Of a DNA stretch of 35,546 bases, positions 9,054-17,353 are shown piece after piece. The DNA lies in NCBI GenBank assembly GCA_044229145.1, contig JBGATO010000038.1:1-35546 (forward strand), given 5' to 3'. Numbering within the stretch: the stretch's first letter is position 1; every line of letters begins with the position of its first letter. Origin of the DNA: Candidatus Eiseniibacteriota bacterium. Lineage in GTDB: Bacteria; Eisenbacteria; RBG-16-71-46; CAZEPH01. The position numbers and the translations under genes were made by a program. The notes under the pieces were generated by a model. That model did not search any database, was not told the DNA's origin, and worked only from the letters and a program-made list of their open reading frames with translations.

Positions 9054-9098
9054 TCCGCGCCTGTCGGGCTCGTCAGAGTGGCAGGCGCGGATGTCGCA

Positions 9099-9296
9099 CT
9101 ACGGACGGAAGCGCAGGATGAAGCCCCAGGCCAGCAGCGTCGCGAACGACTCGGCGACATGCTGACCGAGCACCTTGAGCACCGGTGGCCGCAGCATGCG
9201 CCACTCCACCGGCGCCGCCCGCGCCGGACCTCCGGCACACAACCAGAGGGCCACCCCCATCCCCAGCACGTGACGCCGCGCACGGCTCACGAGCAT
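9099..9296 (-). CDS. Small secreted peptide C (signal peptide + amphipathic helix)
   Basis: GGGGAGGAG Shine-Dalgarno. MLVSRARRHVLGMGVALWLCAGGPARA|APVEWRMLRPPVLKVLGQHVAESFATLLAWGFILRFRP. Confidence 0.6.
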   Translation of the reverse strand: MLVSRARRHVLGMGVALWLCAGGPARAAPVEWRMLRPPVLKVLGQHVAESFATLLAWGFILRFRP

Positions 9297-9326
9297 CACC
9301 ACTCCTCCCCTCGGTTGTCCGCGACA

Positions 9327-9362
9327 TGTGCGGCGCCTCGCGTGGACGCCGGGCGCCGCACA
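9327..9362. repeat. Intergenic inverted repeat between peptides B and C
   Basis: Perfect 11-bp arms tgtgcggcgcc / ggcgccgcaca. Confidence 0.6.
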
Positions 9363-9372
9363 CGAGTCCCCG

Positions 9373-9630
9373 CTAGTGCCCGATGCTCACCAGCCAGTCC
9401 GCCAGCACGACGAACAGTTGTCCGATGGAGCGCAGGATCTTGCTGAACAGCCAGGTGGGCGCCACCTGGTGCGTGGTGCCGCGTGCCGCCGCGTGAGCGG
9501 TGCCGGCGGCCGACGCCGCCACGAGGGCGACGACGGCCGCTGTGACGAGCGATCGGCGATGCGTCCACGGCCGGCGGACACGCGCCACTACGCCGCGCGC
9601 GAGCCGCCGCCAGAGCGAAAGCGGTTGCAT
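9373..9630 (-). CDS. Small secreted peptide B (signal peptide + amphipathic helix)
   Basis: GAGGAGG Shine-Dalgarno before ATG 9630. Basic n-region, h-region LVTAAVVALVAA, AHA|A cleavage site, C-terminal TWLFSKILRSIGQLFVVLADWLVSIGH. Confidence 0.68.
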   Translation of the reverse strand: MQPLSLWRRLARGVVARVRRPWTHRRSLVTAAVVALVAASAAGTAHAAARGTTHQVAPTWLFSKILRSIGQLFVVLADWLVSIGH

Positions 9631-9683
9631 GAATTCCTCCTCTGTCGAGTGTGTCGTGAATGGGGCGTGCTGCTGCGGGACTG

Positions 9684-9983
9684 CTAGATCTGCGGTGGAA
9701 TGGGGAAGCGGAGGTTGTCGTCCCACGGAAGAAACCAGACGATCATCAACGCGAGCGCCAGCTTCTTGAGGAACTTCCCCAGAAACCAGGACGGTTGAGC
9801 GTGACCGCCCACCGCCTGGGTGGCAGCCGGCGCGGAGACGCCTCCCGCCGAAAAGCCCGGCGCCGACGAATGTCCGGGCGCCGCGTGCGCGGCATCCCCC
9901 GGTGCGAACGCGGGCGCCACGACGACGAACAACATCGCCAAGAGCACCACCGGCATGAACCGGCGGACTACCCCACGTGACAT
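9684..9983 (-). CDS. Small secreted peptide A (signal peptide + linker + cationic amphipathic helix)
   Basis: AAGGGAGG Shine-Dalgarno. Signal MSRGVVRRFMPVVLLAMLFVVVAPAFA; C-terminal SWFLGKFLKKLALALMIVWFLPW. Confidence 0.7.
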   Translation of the reverse strand: MSRGVVRRFMPVVLLAMLFVVVAPAFAPGDAAHAAPGHSSAPGFSAGGVSAPAATQAVGGHAQPSWFLGKFLKKLALALMIVWFLPWDDNLRFPIPPQI

Positions 9984-10064
9984 GAACCCTCCCTTACCAG
10001 TGCGAAGCGATGACCGACGCTGCGGTGGACGTGCGCGAGCCGTCCTCGCGCTGCCCGCGTGTGC

Positions 10065-10080
10065 AGCAGGGGGCGTGCCA
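10065..10080 (-). promoter_or_regulatory. Putative sigma54 (-24/-12) promoter of the peptide trio
   Basis: TGGCACGCCCCCTGCT versus consensus TGGCACGNNNNTTGCW: correct GG/GC spacing, one mismatch, about 80 nt upstream of ATG 9983. Confidence 0.65.
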
Positions 10081-10175
10081 TGGACCGCGCAGGCCCCGGG
10101 ATGATCTCGAAAACGCCAGGGAAGGGAACTCCGGACCGCTCGCTGCGCGGTCTCGCCTGCGAACTCAGTGCGCGG

Positions 10176-11018
10176 CTAGCCGCGACGCAGGGTTTCCGCC
10201 AACACCTCGGCGACGATCGCCGCCAAACGCGCATCTTCGCTCACCGCGTCGCGCGTGCCGCCACACGCCCCATCGCTGCACGCCGCGCGGCCACAGGTAT
10301 CGCCCGCCGCGTGCCGCACCGCGACCGTCGGCGGTTCGGGGCAATGCGTGCAGACGTCGCAGGGGAACACCGGCGTCGTCACGCCCGCCGCCCGCCGCTG
10401 GTCGAGCAGCGCGCGCACCTGGGATTCATTCAACACGTTCACCGGGCCGAGCGCCCGCGCGTGGTGCAGCACGACCGCCGCGTGCTCCAGCATCTCCATG
10501 AGGTCGAACGCGGCGAAGACGTCGGCGCCGAGACAGACCGCGCCGTGACTGGCCAACAAGAACGCATTGCCGTGCGGATACAACTCCGCGAGGCCGTGCG
10601 GCACCGCATCGGTGCCCGGCGTGCCGTAGGCGGCGATCGGCACCGCGCCGAGCGTCACCACGACCTCCGGCATCACGCACTGCGCGAGCGGAATGCCGGC
10701 CACCGCGAACGCCGTCGCCACCGGCGGATGCGCGTGCACCACGGCCCCGATGTCGGACCGCAACTCGTACGCCTTCAAGTGCATCGCGATCTCGGACGAC
10801 ACGCGGCGGGCGCCCGGGTCGAGCGAACGCCCCTGCATGTCGATGCGCACCACGTGCTCCGGCGTGAGGTAGCCCTTGTGCACGCCGGTAGCGGTGGCCA
10901 TTACCTCGCCGGGTCCGAGCCGCAGGGAGATGTTGCCCTCCGCCGCGCACACCAAGCCGCGAGCGTAGAGGCGCCGCCCGACTTCAATGATGGCGCTGCG
11001 TGCGTCGTCGTGCGTCAC
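10176..11018 (-). CDS. Class II aldolase/adducin family protein (FucA-like) with Cys-rich C-terminal extension
   Basis: Motifs EGNIS, SSE, VHAHP and LASHG (Zn-binding His). GTGA overlap with the nnr stop. Confidence 0.9.
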   Translation of the reverse strand: MTHDDARSAIIEVGRRLYARGLVCAAEGNISLRLGPGEVMATATGVHKGYLTPEHVVRIDMQGRSLDPGARRVSSEIAMHLKAYELRSDIGAVVHAHPPVATAFAVAGIPLAQCVMPEVVVTLGAVPIAAYGTPGTDAVPHGLAELYPHGNAFLLASHGAVCLGADVFAAFDLMEMLEHAAVVLHHARALGPVNVLNESQVRALLDQRRAAGVTTPVFPCDVCTHCPEPPTVAVRHAAGDTCGRAACSDGACGGTRDAVSEDARLAAIVAEVLAETLRRG

Positions 11019-12625
11019 GCGACATCTCCTCGCCAGGGTTCCTGCGCCGCGAGCGTCGCGGCGGGCAATGTCTCGGCCAAATCGCCGGCGCTGAGGCCCA
11101 GCACGCCCGTCCGTTCGACCGCGAGATCGCCGGCCATGCCGTGCAGCCACGCGGCGCACGCCGCTGCCTCGAATGCCGGCACGCGCTGCCCCAGCAGCGC
11201 GACCACCGCGCCGGTCAGGACATCGCCCGCGCCGCCGGTCGCCATGCCGGGATTGCCGGTCGTCGACACCCACGCGTGTCCGTCCGGCGCGGCGATGACG
11301 GTGGGCGTGCCCTTGAGCAGCACCACCGCGCCGCTCGCCTGTGCCACGCGTCCCGGCAGGTCGAAGCGCGCCGGGTCGACGGCGGCGGCGTCGACGCCGC
11401 TCAGCACGTGCATCTCGCCGGCGTGCGGCGTCAGCACCAGATCGCGTCCGTGCCTGCCGGTCGGACGTGTGTGCACCGCGTCGGCCGCGCAGGTGCCGCC
11501 GCATTCCGCCGCGAGCGCGTGCAAACCGTCGGCGTCGAGCACCACCGGCGCCTCGAGCGCCGCCAACAGCTCGCGCACCAGATGCAGCGACGACGGATCG
11601 CGCCCGAGCCCCGGCCCGATCGCCACCGCGTCGGCGCGTGCCACCGCGGTGAGGATCTCCTCCAGCGCGTCGGTGTGCAGCGCGCCGTCCGGCGTCTCCG
11701 CCACGCCGCGCGTCATCGGCTCGGCCGCCAGCGCCGCCACCACCGCCTGCTGCGAGCGCGGCACGAGGACCGTCACCAGCCCGGCGCCCATGCGCACCGC
11801 CGCCCGCGCCGCCAGTGCCACCGCGCCGGTCATGCCGCGCGCGCCCCCGATGATCGCCACGCGTCCGGCATCGCCCTTGTGTGCGGTCGGCGGGCGCACC
11901 GGGAGCAGCGCGCGCACCGTATCGGCGTCGAGCACACGCGGCAGCGGTTCCGGCGCGATCGCGCGCACCGCCTGCTCGGGGATGCCGATGTCGATCTCCT
12001 CCACCACGCCGGCGTACGAGCGCGCCGGGAAGCGCACCAGGCCGCGCTTGCCGAGGCCGAGCGTTGCGGTGTACGTCGCGGGCACCGCGTCGCCGGGGAC
12101 GTCGCCGGTGTCGGCGTCGATGCCGGTGGGGATGTCCACCGCGACGATGCGCCCGCCATTTCCGGCGGCGCGCTCCAACGCCTGCACCGCGCGCTGCGTC
12201 CAGCCGCGCGGCGCGCCCGACGAGCCGGTGCCGAGCAGCGCGTCGACGTAGACATCCGAGCCGTCGAACGCCTCCAGCGCGGCGAACGCCGCGTCACCCA
12301 CCAGCACGGTGCCGCCGCACGCCAGCAACGCGTCGAGATTCGCCGCCGCGTCCGCCGACATCGCCTCGCGCGGCTCCCACACCAACGCCCGCACGTCGAC
12401 GCCGGCTTCGTGCAGCGCCCGCGCGATCACCAAACCGTCGCCACCGTTGTTGCCGCGGCCGCACGCCACCAGCACCCGCAGGCCGTCGAACGGTCCGAGC
12501 CGCCGCTCCATCATCGCCACCACGCCGCGGCCCGCGTTCTCCATCAGCGTGCGCGACGGGATGCCGCAGTGGTAGATCGCGTATTCGTCGATGCGGCGCA
12601 TCAGTGCCGCGGTGGCTAGGCGCAT
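11015..12625 (-). CDS. nnr: Bifunctional NAD(P)H-hydrate epimerase/dehydratase (YjeF)
   Basis: Motifs LMENAG, GRGNNGGDG, DALLGTG, DIPTG, HKG, GPGLG, VLDADG, LTPHAGE and GAGDVLTG. Confidence 0.95.
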   Translation of the reverse strand: MRLATAALMRRIDEYAIYHCGIPSRTLMENAGRGVVAMMERRLGPFDGLRVLVACGRGNNGGDGLVIARALHEAGVDVRALVWEPREAMSADAAANLDALLACGGTVLVGDAAFAALEAFDGSDVYVDALLGTGSSGAPRGWTQRAVQALERAAGNGGRIVAVDIPTGIDADTGDVPGDAVPATYTATLGLGKRGLVRFPARSYAGVVEEIDIGIPEQAVRAIAPEPLPRVLDADTVRALLPVRPPTAHKGDAGRVAIIGGARGMTGAVALAARAAVRMGAGLVTVLVPRSQQAVVAALAAEPMTRGVAETPDGALHTDALEEILTAVARADAVAIGPGLGRDPSSLHLVRELLAALEAPVVLDADGLHALAAECGGTCAADAVHTRPTGRHGRDLVLTPHAGEMHVLSGVDAAAVDPARFDLPGRVAQASGAVVLLKGTPTVIAAPDGHAWVSTTGNPGMATGGAGDVLTGAVVALLGQRVPAFEAAACAAWLHGMAGDLAVERTGVLGLSAGDLAETLPAATLAAQEPWRGDVA

Positions 12626-12629
12626 GGCA

Positions 12630-13034
12630 TCACCCGAGGGGGAAGGCACCCTCGTCGTCGCCTGGTTGGGGCAGGCAGAACACCACGAAGGCGATCGCGT
12701 CGACGCGATCGTGACTCAACGAGACGAAGAATGTATGCGGACCGATGCGCGCCGCCAGCGCGTCCGTCAGCCGCAGCGACGGCCGCCCGCGCTCCATCGT
12801 CACCTCGACGTCGACCCAGCGCGGCGCCGGATCCAGCCGGACGCTCTTGGCAAACGCTTCCTTCGCGGCCCAGCGCACCGCCAGGCTCGCCGCCTCGCCG
12901 CGGCCGCGCGCCCGGCAGTACGCCTGCTCGGCCGGCGTGAAGATGCGGTCGCGAAAGTGGTCGCCGAACTCATCGAGTGCCTGCTGGATGCGCGGGATCT
13001 CGATGGTGTCGACGCCGACGCCGCGCACGATCAC
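12630..13034 (-). CDS. acpS: Holo-[acyl-carrier-protein] synthase
   Basis: Motifs GVGVD, RIFTPAE, RWAAKEA and VSLSHD; the usual acpS-nnr adjacency. Confidence 0.92.
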   Translation of the reverse strand: MIVRGVGVDTIEIPRIQQALDEFGDHFRDRIFTPAEQAYCRARGRGEAASLAVRWAAKEAFAKSVRLDPAPRWVDVEVTMERGRPSLRLTDALAARIGPHTFFVSLSHDRVDAIAFVVFCLPQPGDDEGAFPLG

Positions 13035-13726
13035 GACGGCACCGCCGCGCGGTTGATCTCGTCGACGATGCGCACGACGTCGAGCACGTCTGTGGCGTCC
13101 CAGTCCGCGCCGCTGACGCCGGTGCCGAAGGTATCACCGTAGCGCGCGAAGATCGTCCGCATGCCGATCGCCTTGGCGCCGACCATGTCGCGCTCGGCCC
13201 AGTCGCCGACCATGAGCGCCTCGCCGGCCTCCACGCCCAACAACTCCAGCGCGCGGCGAAACGGCGCCGGATGCGGCTTGCGCTCGTGCGTGTCGTCGTA
13301 GGTGACGACGTGATCGAAGTAGTTCGACAGTGTCAGTTGCGCCAGGCGGAGCCACGCCTGCAGCCGCGGCGCGTCGCTCACCACCGCCAGCCCGAGCCCG
13401 CGCTTCTTGAGCTCCAGCAGCGTCATCTGGACGTGCGGATAGAGGACGAGCGCGGCATCCCGGGCCGCGCGGTAAGCGACGATCCCCGCCGCCAGCACCC
13501 TGAAGTCGACCGCCCCCAACTCCTCGCGCAGGAACGCGTCGAACACCTGCTGATACTCGATGCCCTCGCGCTTGTAGATGTCGTTGATCCGCTGCTTGGC
13601 GACATCGGCGGGCAACGCAAGGCCCGCGTCGATCATGCCCGCCACCGCGGCATCGATCGAGCGGTCCTTCATCTTCATGAAATCGGTGAGCGTGTTATCG
13701 AGGTCGAATACGACGGCGCGGATCAT
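13031..13726 (-). CDS. HAD-superfamily hydrolase, subfamily IA
   Basis: Motif I FDLDNTL, motif II VSD, KPHP, and motif IV VGDWAERD. Confidence 0.92.
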   Translation of the reverse strand: MIRAVVFDLDNTLTDFMKMKDRSIDAAVAGMIDAGLALPADVAKQRINDIYKREGIEYQQVFDAFLREELGAVDFRVLAAGIVAYRAARDAALVLYPHVQMTLLELKKRGLGLAVVSDAPRLQAWLRLAQLTLSNYFDHVVTYDDTHERKPHPAPFRRALELLGVEAGEALMVGDWAERDMVGAKAIGMRTIFARYGDTFGTGVSGADWDATDVLDVVRIVDEINRAAVPS

Positions 13727-13816
13727 CGACGAACTCCCTTGGCACGTGCCCGTGCGCGGCGGCCGGCGCCCGGGCGCCGTGCGGCGACGGCCGGGCGTAT
13801 CAGGGCCGGGAGGCGG

Positions 13817-14002
13817 CTACTTGGCGCGCATCTCCTTGCCGAGCGAGATTTCGCCGTTGTCGATGCGAATGTGGAAGCCGCAGCTCGGGTTGGTGCACAC
13901 CCACGCTTTGTAGGTGATCGGCGCCCCGTCACGGCCGTAGTCGGACAACGGGATCAACACGCCATCGCGGCACTTACGGCAGGCCGGCCATTCCTTCTCC
14001 AT
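13817..14002 (-). CDS. Small zinc-ribbon-like hypothetical protein (61 aa)
   Basis: CRKC...CTNPSC cysteine pairs, non-GC-shadow amino-acid composition, GGGAGG Shine-Dalgarno. Confidence 0.8.
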   Translation of the reverse strand: MEKEWPACRKCRDGVLIPLSDYGRDGAPITYKAWVCTNPSCGFHIRIDNGEISLGKEMRAK

Positions 14003-14076
14003 ACGTCCCCCTCCCATCCAGGCAGCAGCGCCGGCCGCGCAGGATGCGCGGGGTGCCTCCGCATGCCGGTCGAGCG

Positions 14077-14105
14077 AGTGTGCGCGGGGGGCAGGGGAGT
14101 GTCAA
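14077..14105 (-). promoter_or_regulatory. Putative sigma70 promoter of the Zn-ribbon/HAD/acpS/nnr/aldolase operon
   Basis: TTGACA-17 nt-CACACT on the minus strand, 75 nt upstream of ATG 14002. Confidence 0.6.
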
Positions 14106-14299
14106 GCGGCGGAACACGTTGCGCGGTCGGCGCCCGCGCCGGCGGCGCCCCCCGCTCCCCCCTTTGGCTCCCCCGCATACCCCCCATCGGCCCATAGTGC
14201 GCCCTAGGTCGCACCCGATACCTTCCCAGTCTTGCTTTCGAGTGCCCCGCCGTCTGCGGCCGAGCGGGGGCGTTTCCACGCGTAGTGGTGGGAGTCAGA

Positions 14300-16531
14300 A
14301 TGAACTCACAGCTCGATTCATTCTCATACGACGACGACATCGTCCGGAAATTCCTGACGGCGAGCTTCGTCTGGGGGCTGGTGGGCATGCTGGTTGGCTT
14401 GCTCATCGCCCTGCAGCTCGGGGTGCCTTCGTTGAACTTGGCGCCCTGGCTGTCCTTCGGCCGGCTCCGCCCGCTGCACACGAACGCCGTGATCTTCGCG
14501 TTCGCGGGCAACGCGTTCTTCTGCGGCGCCTACTACTCGAGTCAGCGCCTCCTCAAGACGCGCATGTTCAGCGACGCGCTGAGCCGCGTGCACTTCTGGG
14601 GCTGGCAGCTGATCATCGTCAGCGCCGCGCTCACCCTGCCATTCGGCTTCACGCAGGCGAAGGAATACGCGGAGTTGGAGTGGCCGATCGACATCGCCAT
14701 CGCGGTGGTGTGGGTGGTGTTCGCGATCAACCTGTTCGGGACGATCGCCAAGCGCCGTGAGCGGCACCTCTACGTGGCGATCTGGTTCTACATCGCCTCC
14801 ATCGTGACGGTGGCGATCCTCCACATCTTCAACAACCTGTCGTTCCCGGCCGGGCCGCTCAAGAGCTACTCGATCTACGCCGGCGCGCAAGACGCCTTCA
14901 TGCAGTGGTGGTATGGGCACAACGCGGTGGCCTTCTTCCTCACCACGCCCTTCCTCGGGATGATGTACTACTTCCTTCCCAAGGCGGCCGAACGCCCCGT
15001 CTTCAGCTATCGCCTGTCCATCCTCCACTTCTGGACGCTGGTCTTCATGTACATCTGGGCCGGCCCGCACCACCTCCACTACACCGCGCTGCCGGAGTGG
15101 GCGTCGACGCTCGGCATGATCTTCAGCGTGATGCTGTGGATGCCGTCGTGGGGCGGCATGATCAACGGTCTGTTCACGCTGCGCGGCGCGTGGCACAAGG
15201 TGGTCGAGGATCCGGTCCTCAAGTTCTTCGTCGTCGCGGTCACCGCGTACGGCATGGCCACCTTCGAAGGGCCGATGCTGTCGATCAAGTCGGTCAACGC
15301 GCTGGCCCACTACAGCGACTGGATCATCGCGCACGTGCACACCGGCGCCTTGGGCTGGAACGGCTTCATGATGTTCGGTATGGCGTACTGGCTGGCGCCG
15401 CGCCTGTTCCAAACCAAGCTGTTCTCGAAGAAGCTCGCCGAGGTGCACTTCTGGCTGGCGACCTTCGGCATCATCCTCTACGCGACCGCGATCTACTCCG
15501 CCGGCCTCACGCAGGGCCTCATGTGGCGTGCCTTCGACGAGACCGGCCGCCTGCAGTACCCGCAGTTCATCGAGACCACGATGAAGCTCATGCCGATGTA
15601 CTGGATGCGCGCCCTCGGCGGCTCGCTCTACATCATCGGAATGTTGATCTTCGGCTTCAACTTGCTGAAGACCTGGGGGACGCGGCCGGCGAAGTACGAG
15701 GTGCCGGTGGTGCAGGCGGCGCCGCTGCGCGGCCCGCTGCCGGCGGACCCGCCGCGCACCGCGCCGGTGGGCGCTCTGAAGGCGTTCTCCGAAGCGCGCT
15801 GGCACCGCCGCTGGGAAGGCTTGCCGGTGACCTTCACGGTGTTGACCGTGCTCGCCGTGGTGGTGGCCTCGCTGTTCGAGATCATCCCGACCTTCCTCAT
15901 CAAGGACAACGTGCCGACCATCGCGTCGGTGAAGCCGTACACGCCGCTCGAACTCATCGGGCGCGACATCTACATCCGCGAGGGCTGCTTCAACTGCCAC
16001 TCGCAGATGATCCGCCCGCTGCGCTACGAGACCGAACGCTACGGCGAATACAGCAAGCCGGGCGAGTCGGTCTACGACCACCCGTTCCTGTGGGGCTCGC
16101 GCCGCATCGGGCCGGACCTCGCGCGGGAAGGCGGCAAATACAACGAGTTGTGGCACGTGCGCCACATGCAGGACCCGCGGTCGATCACGCCGCAGTCGAT
16201 CATGCCGCCGTATCCGGAGCTGTTGCGCGCGCCGCTCGACTACTCGGTGGTGAGCCGCCGTGTGGGCGTGATGACCAAGCTCGGCGTGCCGTACGACGCC
16301 GACACCAAGGCGAACGCCGAAGAGATGGCGCGGGCGCAGGCCAAGGAGGTCTCGGCCATGATCGTCGCCCAGGGCGGTCCGACCGGACTCGAGGACCGCG
16401 AAATCCTCGCGATGGTGGCCTACCTGCAGCGCGTCGGCACCGACCTGCACCGTGGCGAGACGCCGGCCCCCGCGGCCGCCGCGCCGAGCACCGCTCCGGC
16501 GGTGGCCGCCACGACGGGAGGGAGCAAGTAG
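14300..16531 (+). CDS. ccoNO: cbb3-type cytochrome c oxidase, fused subunits I/II
   Basis: CcoN motifs GRLRPLHTN, WWYGHN, GPHHL and AHVH; CcoO motifs EGCFNCHSQMIRP and WGSRRIGPDL. Confidence 0.97.
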   Translation: MNSQLDSFSYDDDIVRKFLTASFVWGLVGMLVGLLIALQLGVPSLNLAPWLSFGRLRPLHTNAVIFAFAGNAFFCGAYYSSQRLLKTRMFSDALSRVHFWGWQLIIVSAALTLPFGFTQAKEYAELEWPIDIAIAVVWVVFAINLFGTIAKRRERHLYVAIWFYIASIVTVAILHIFNNLSFPAGPLKSYSIYAGAQDAFMQWWYGHNAVAFFLTTPFLGMMYYFLPKAAERPVFSYRLSILHFWTLVFMYIWAGPHHLHYTALPEWASTLGMIFSVMLWMPSWGGMINGLFTLRGAWHKVVEDPVLKFFVVAVTAYGMATFEGPMLSIKSVNALAHYSDWIIAHVHTGALGWNGFMMFGMAYWLAPRLFQTKLFSKKLAEVHFWLATFGIILYATAIYSAGLTQGLMWRAFDETGRLQYPQFIETTMKLMPMYWMRALGGSLYIIGMLIFGFNLLKTWGTRPAKYEVPVVQAAPLRGPLPADPPRTAPVGALKAFSEARWHRRWEGLPVTFTVLTVLAVVVASLFEIIPTFLIKDNVPTIASVKPYTPLELIGRDIYIREGCFNCHSQMIRPLRYETERYGEYSKPGESVYDHPFLWGSRRIGPDLAREGGKYNELWHVRHMQDPRSITPQSIMPPYPELLRAPLDYSVVSRRVGVMTKLGVPYDADTKANAEEMARAQAKEVSAMIVAQGGPTGLEDREILAMVAYLQRVGTDLHRGETPAPAAAAPSTAPAVAATTGGSK

Positions 16532-16729
16532 ATGACGCTCACCGACCTCATGAGTCACGCCGGGCTGTCGGACTACGCGGTGATCGCGCTCGTGTTGTTC
16601 TGCGCCGCGTTCGTCGCCATCGTGATTCGGACCTTCGCGCCGGGCAACAAGCGCGAAATGGATGAAGTGGGCCGCCTCCCGCTGGAGGACGCCACGCAGG
16701 ACACGGCACACGAAGGAGTCAGGCCATGA
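16532..16729 (+). CDS. ccoQ: cbb3 oxidase subunit CcoQ
   Basis: Single TM helix followed by a RLPLED motif; located between ccoO and ccoP. Confidence 0.85.
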   Translation: MTLTDLMSHAGLSDYAVIALVLFCAAFVAIVIRTFAPGNKREMDEVGRLPLEDATQDTAHEGVRP

Positions 16730-17316
16730 CCCCGCCCTCGAAGCAGGACGAACTGCGCGATCAAGGACACAGTTACGACGGCATCCAGGAATACGACAAT
16801 CCGATGCCGCGCTGGTGGCTGTACATCTTCTGGGTGAGCCTCGTGTGGGGTTTGCTGTATGCGCTCAACGTCATTCCGGGCCTCGGCAGTGGCAAGGGAC
16901 GCATCGCCAACTACGATGCCGAAATGGCCGCGGCGCAGGAGAAATACGGGAATCCCGCGGCGGCGGTCCAGGCTCCCACGGTGGACGCCATCCTGGCAGT
17001 GGTGCAGGATCCCGCGCAGGTGGAGGCAGGCAAGAAGGTCTTCACCACGCAGTGTGTGGCGTGTCACCGCGCGGATGGCGGGGGCCAGATCGGCCCGAAC
17101 CTGACCGACGATTACTGGATCCACGGCGGCAAGCCGGATCAGATCTGGTCGACGATCCACAACGGCGTGCTCGACAAGGGCATGCCGGCGTGGGGGCTGT
17201 CGCTCAAGCCCGACGACGTGTTGCACGTCGCCGGCTACGTGATCTCGATCCACGGCTCGAACCCGAAGGATCCGAAGGCACCGCAAGGAAACCTCGAAGC
17301 GCCGGCGCAGCAGTAA
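16726..17316 (+). CDS. ccoP: cbb3 oxidase subunit III, monoheme
   Basis: HSYDGIQEYDNPMPRWW N-terminus, a single CVACH, GPNLTD and GMPAW. Confidence 0.93.
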   Translation: MTPPSKQDELRDQGHSYDGIQEYDNPMPRWWLYIFWVSLVWGLLYALNVIPGLGSGKGRIANYDAEMAAAQEKYGNPAAAVQAPTVDAILAVVQDPAQVEAGKKVFTTQCVACHRADGGGQIGPNLTDDYWIHGGKPDQIWSTIHNGVLDKGMPAWGLSLKPDDVLHVAGYVISIHGSNPKDPKAPQGNLEAPAQQ

Positions 17317-17353
17317 CGCGCCGGCCGTTCGACTCCGCGGGCACCGAGGAGAC

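Noticed and set aside
12630..13034. acpS as part of the type III PKS cluster
   Set aside because: It is about 9 kb away, in the common housekeeping acpS-nnr context, and type III PKSs do not need their own PPTase.
10176..13726. Aldolase + HAD as methionine-salvage mtnB/mtnC
   Set aside because: No other mtn genes are in the window, and the motifs I can see do not distinguish these from generic family members.
13740..13755. TGGCACG sigma54-like sequence
   Set aside because: The GC element is one base out of register and the motif points antisense to the local genes.
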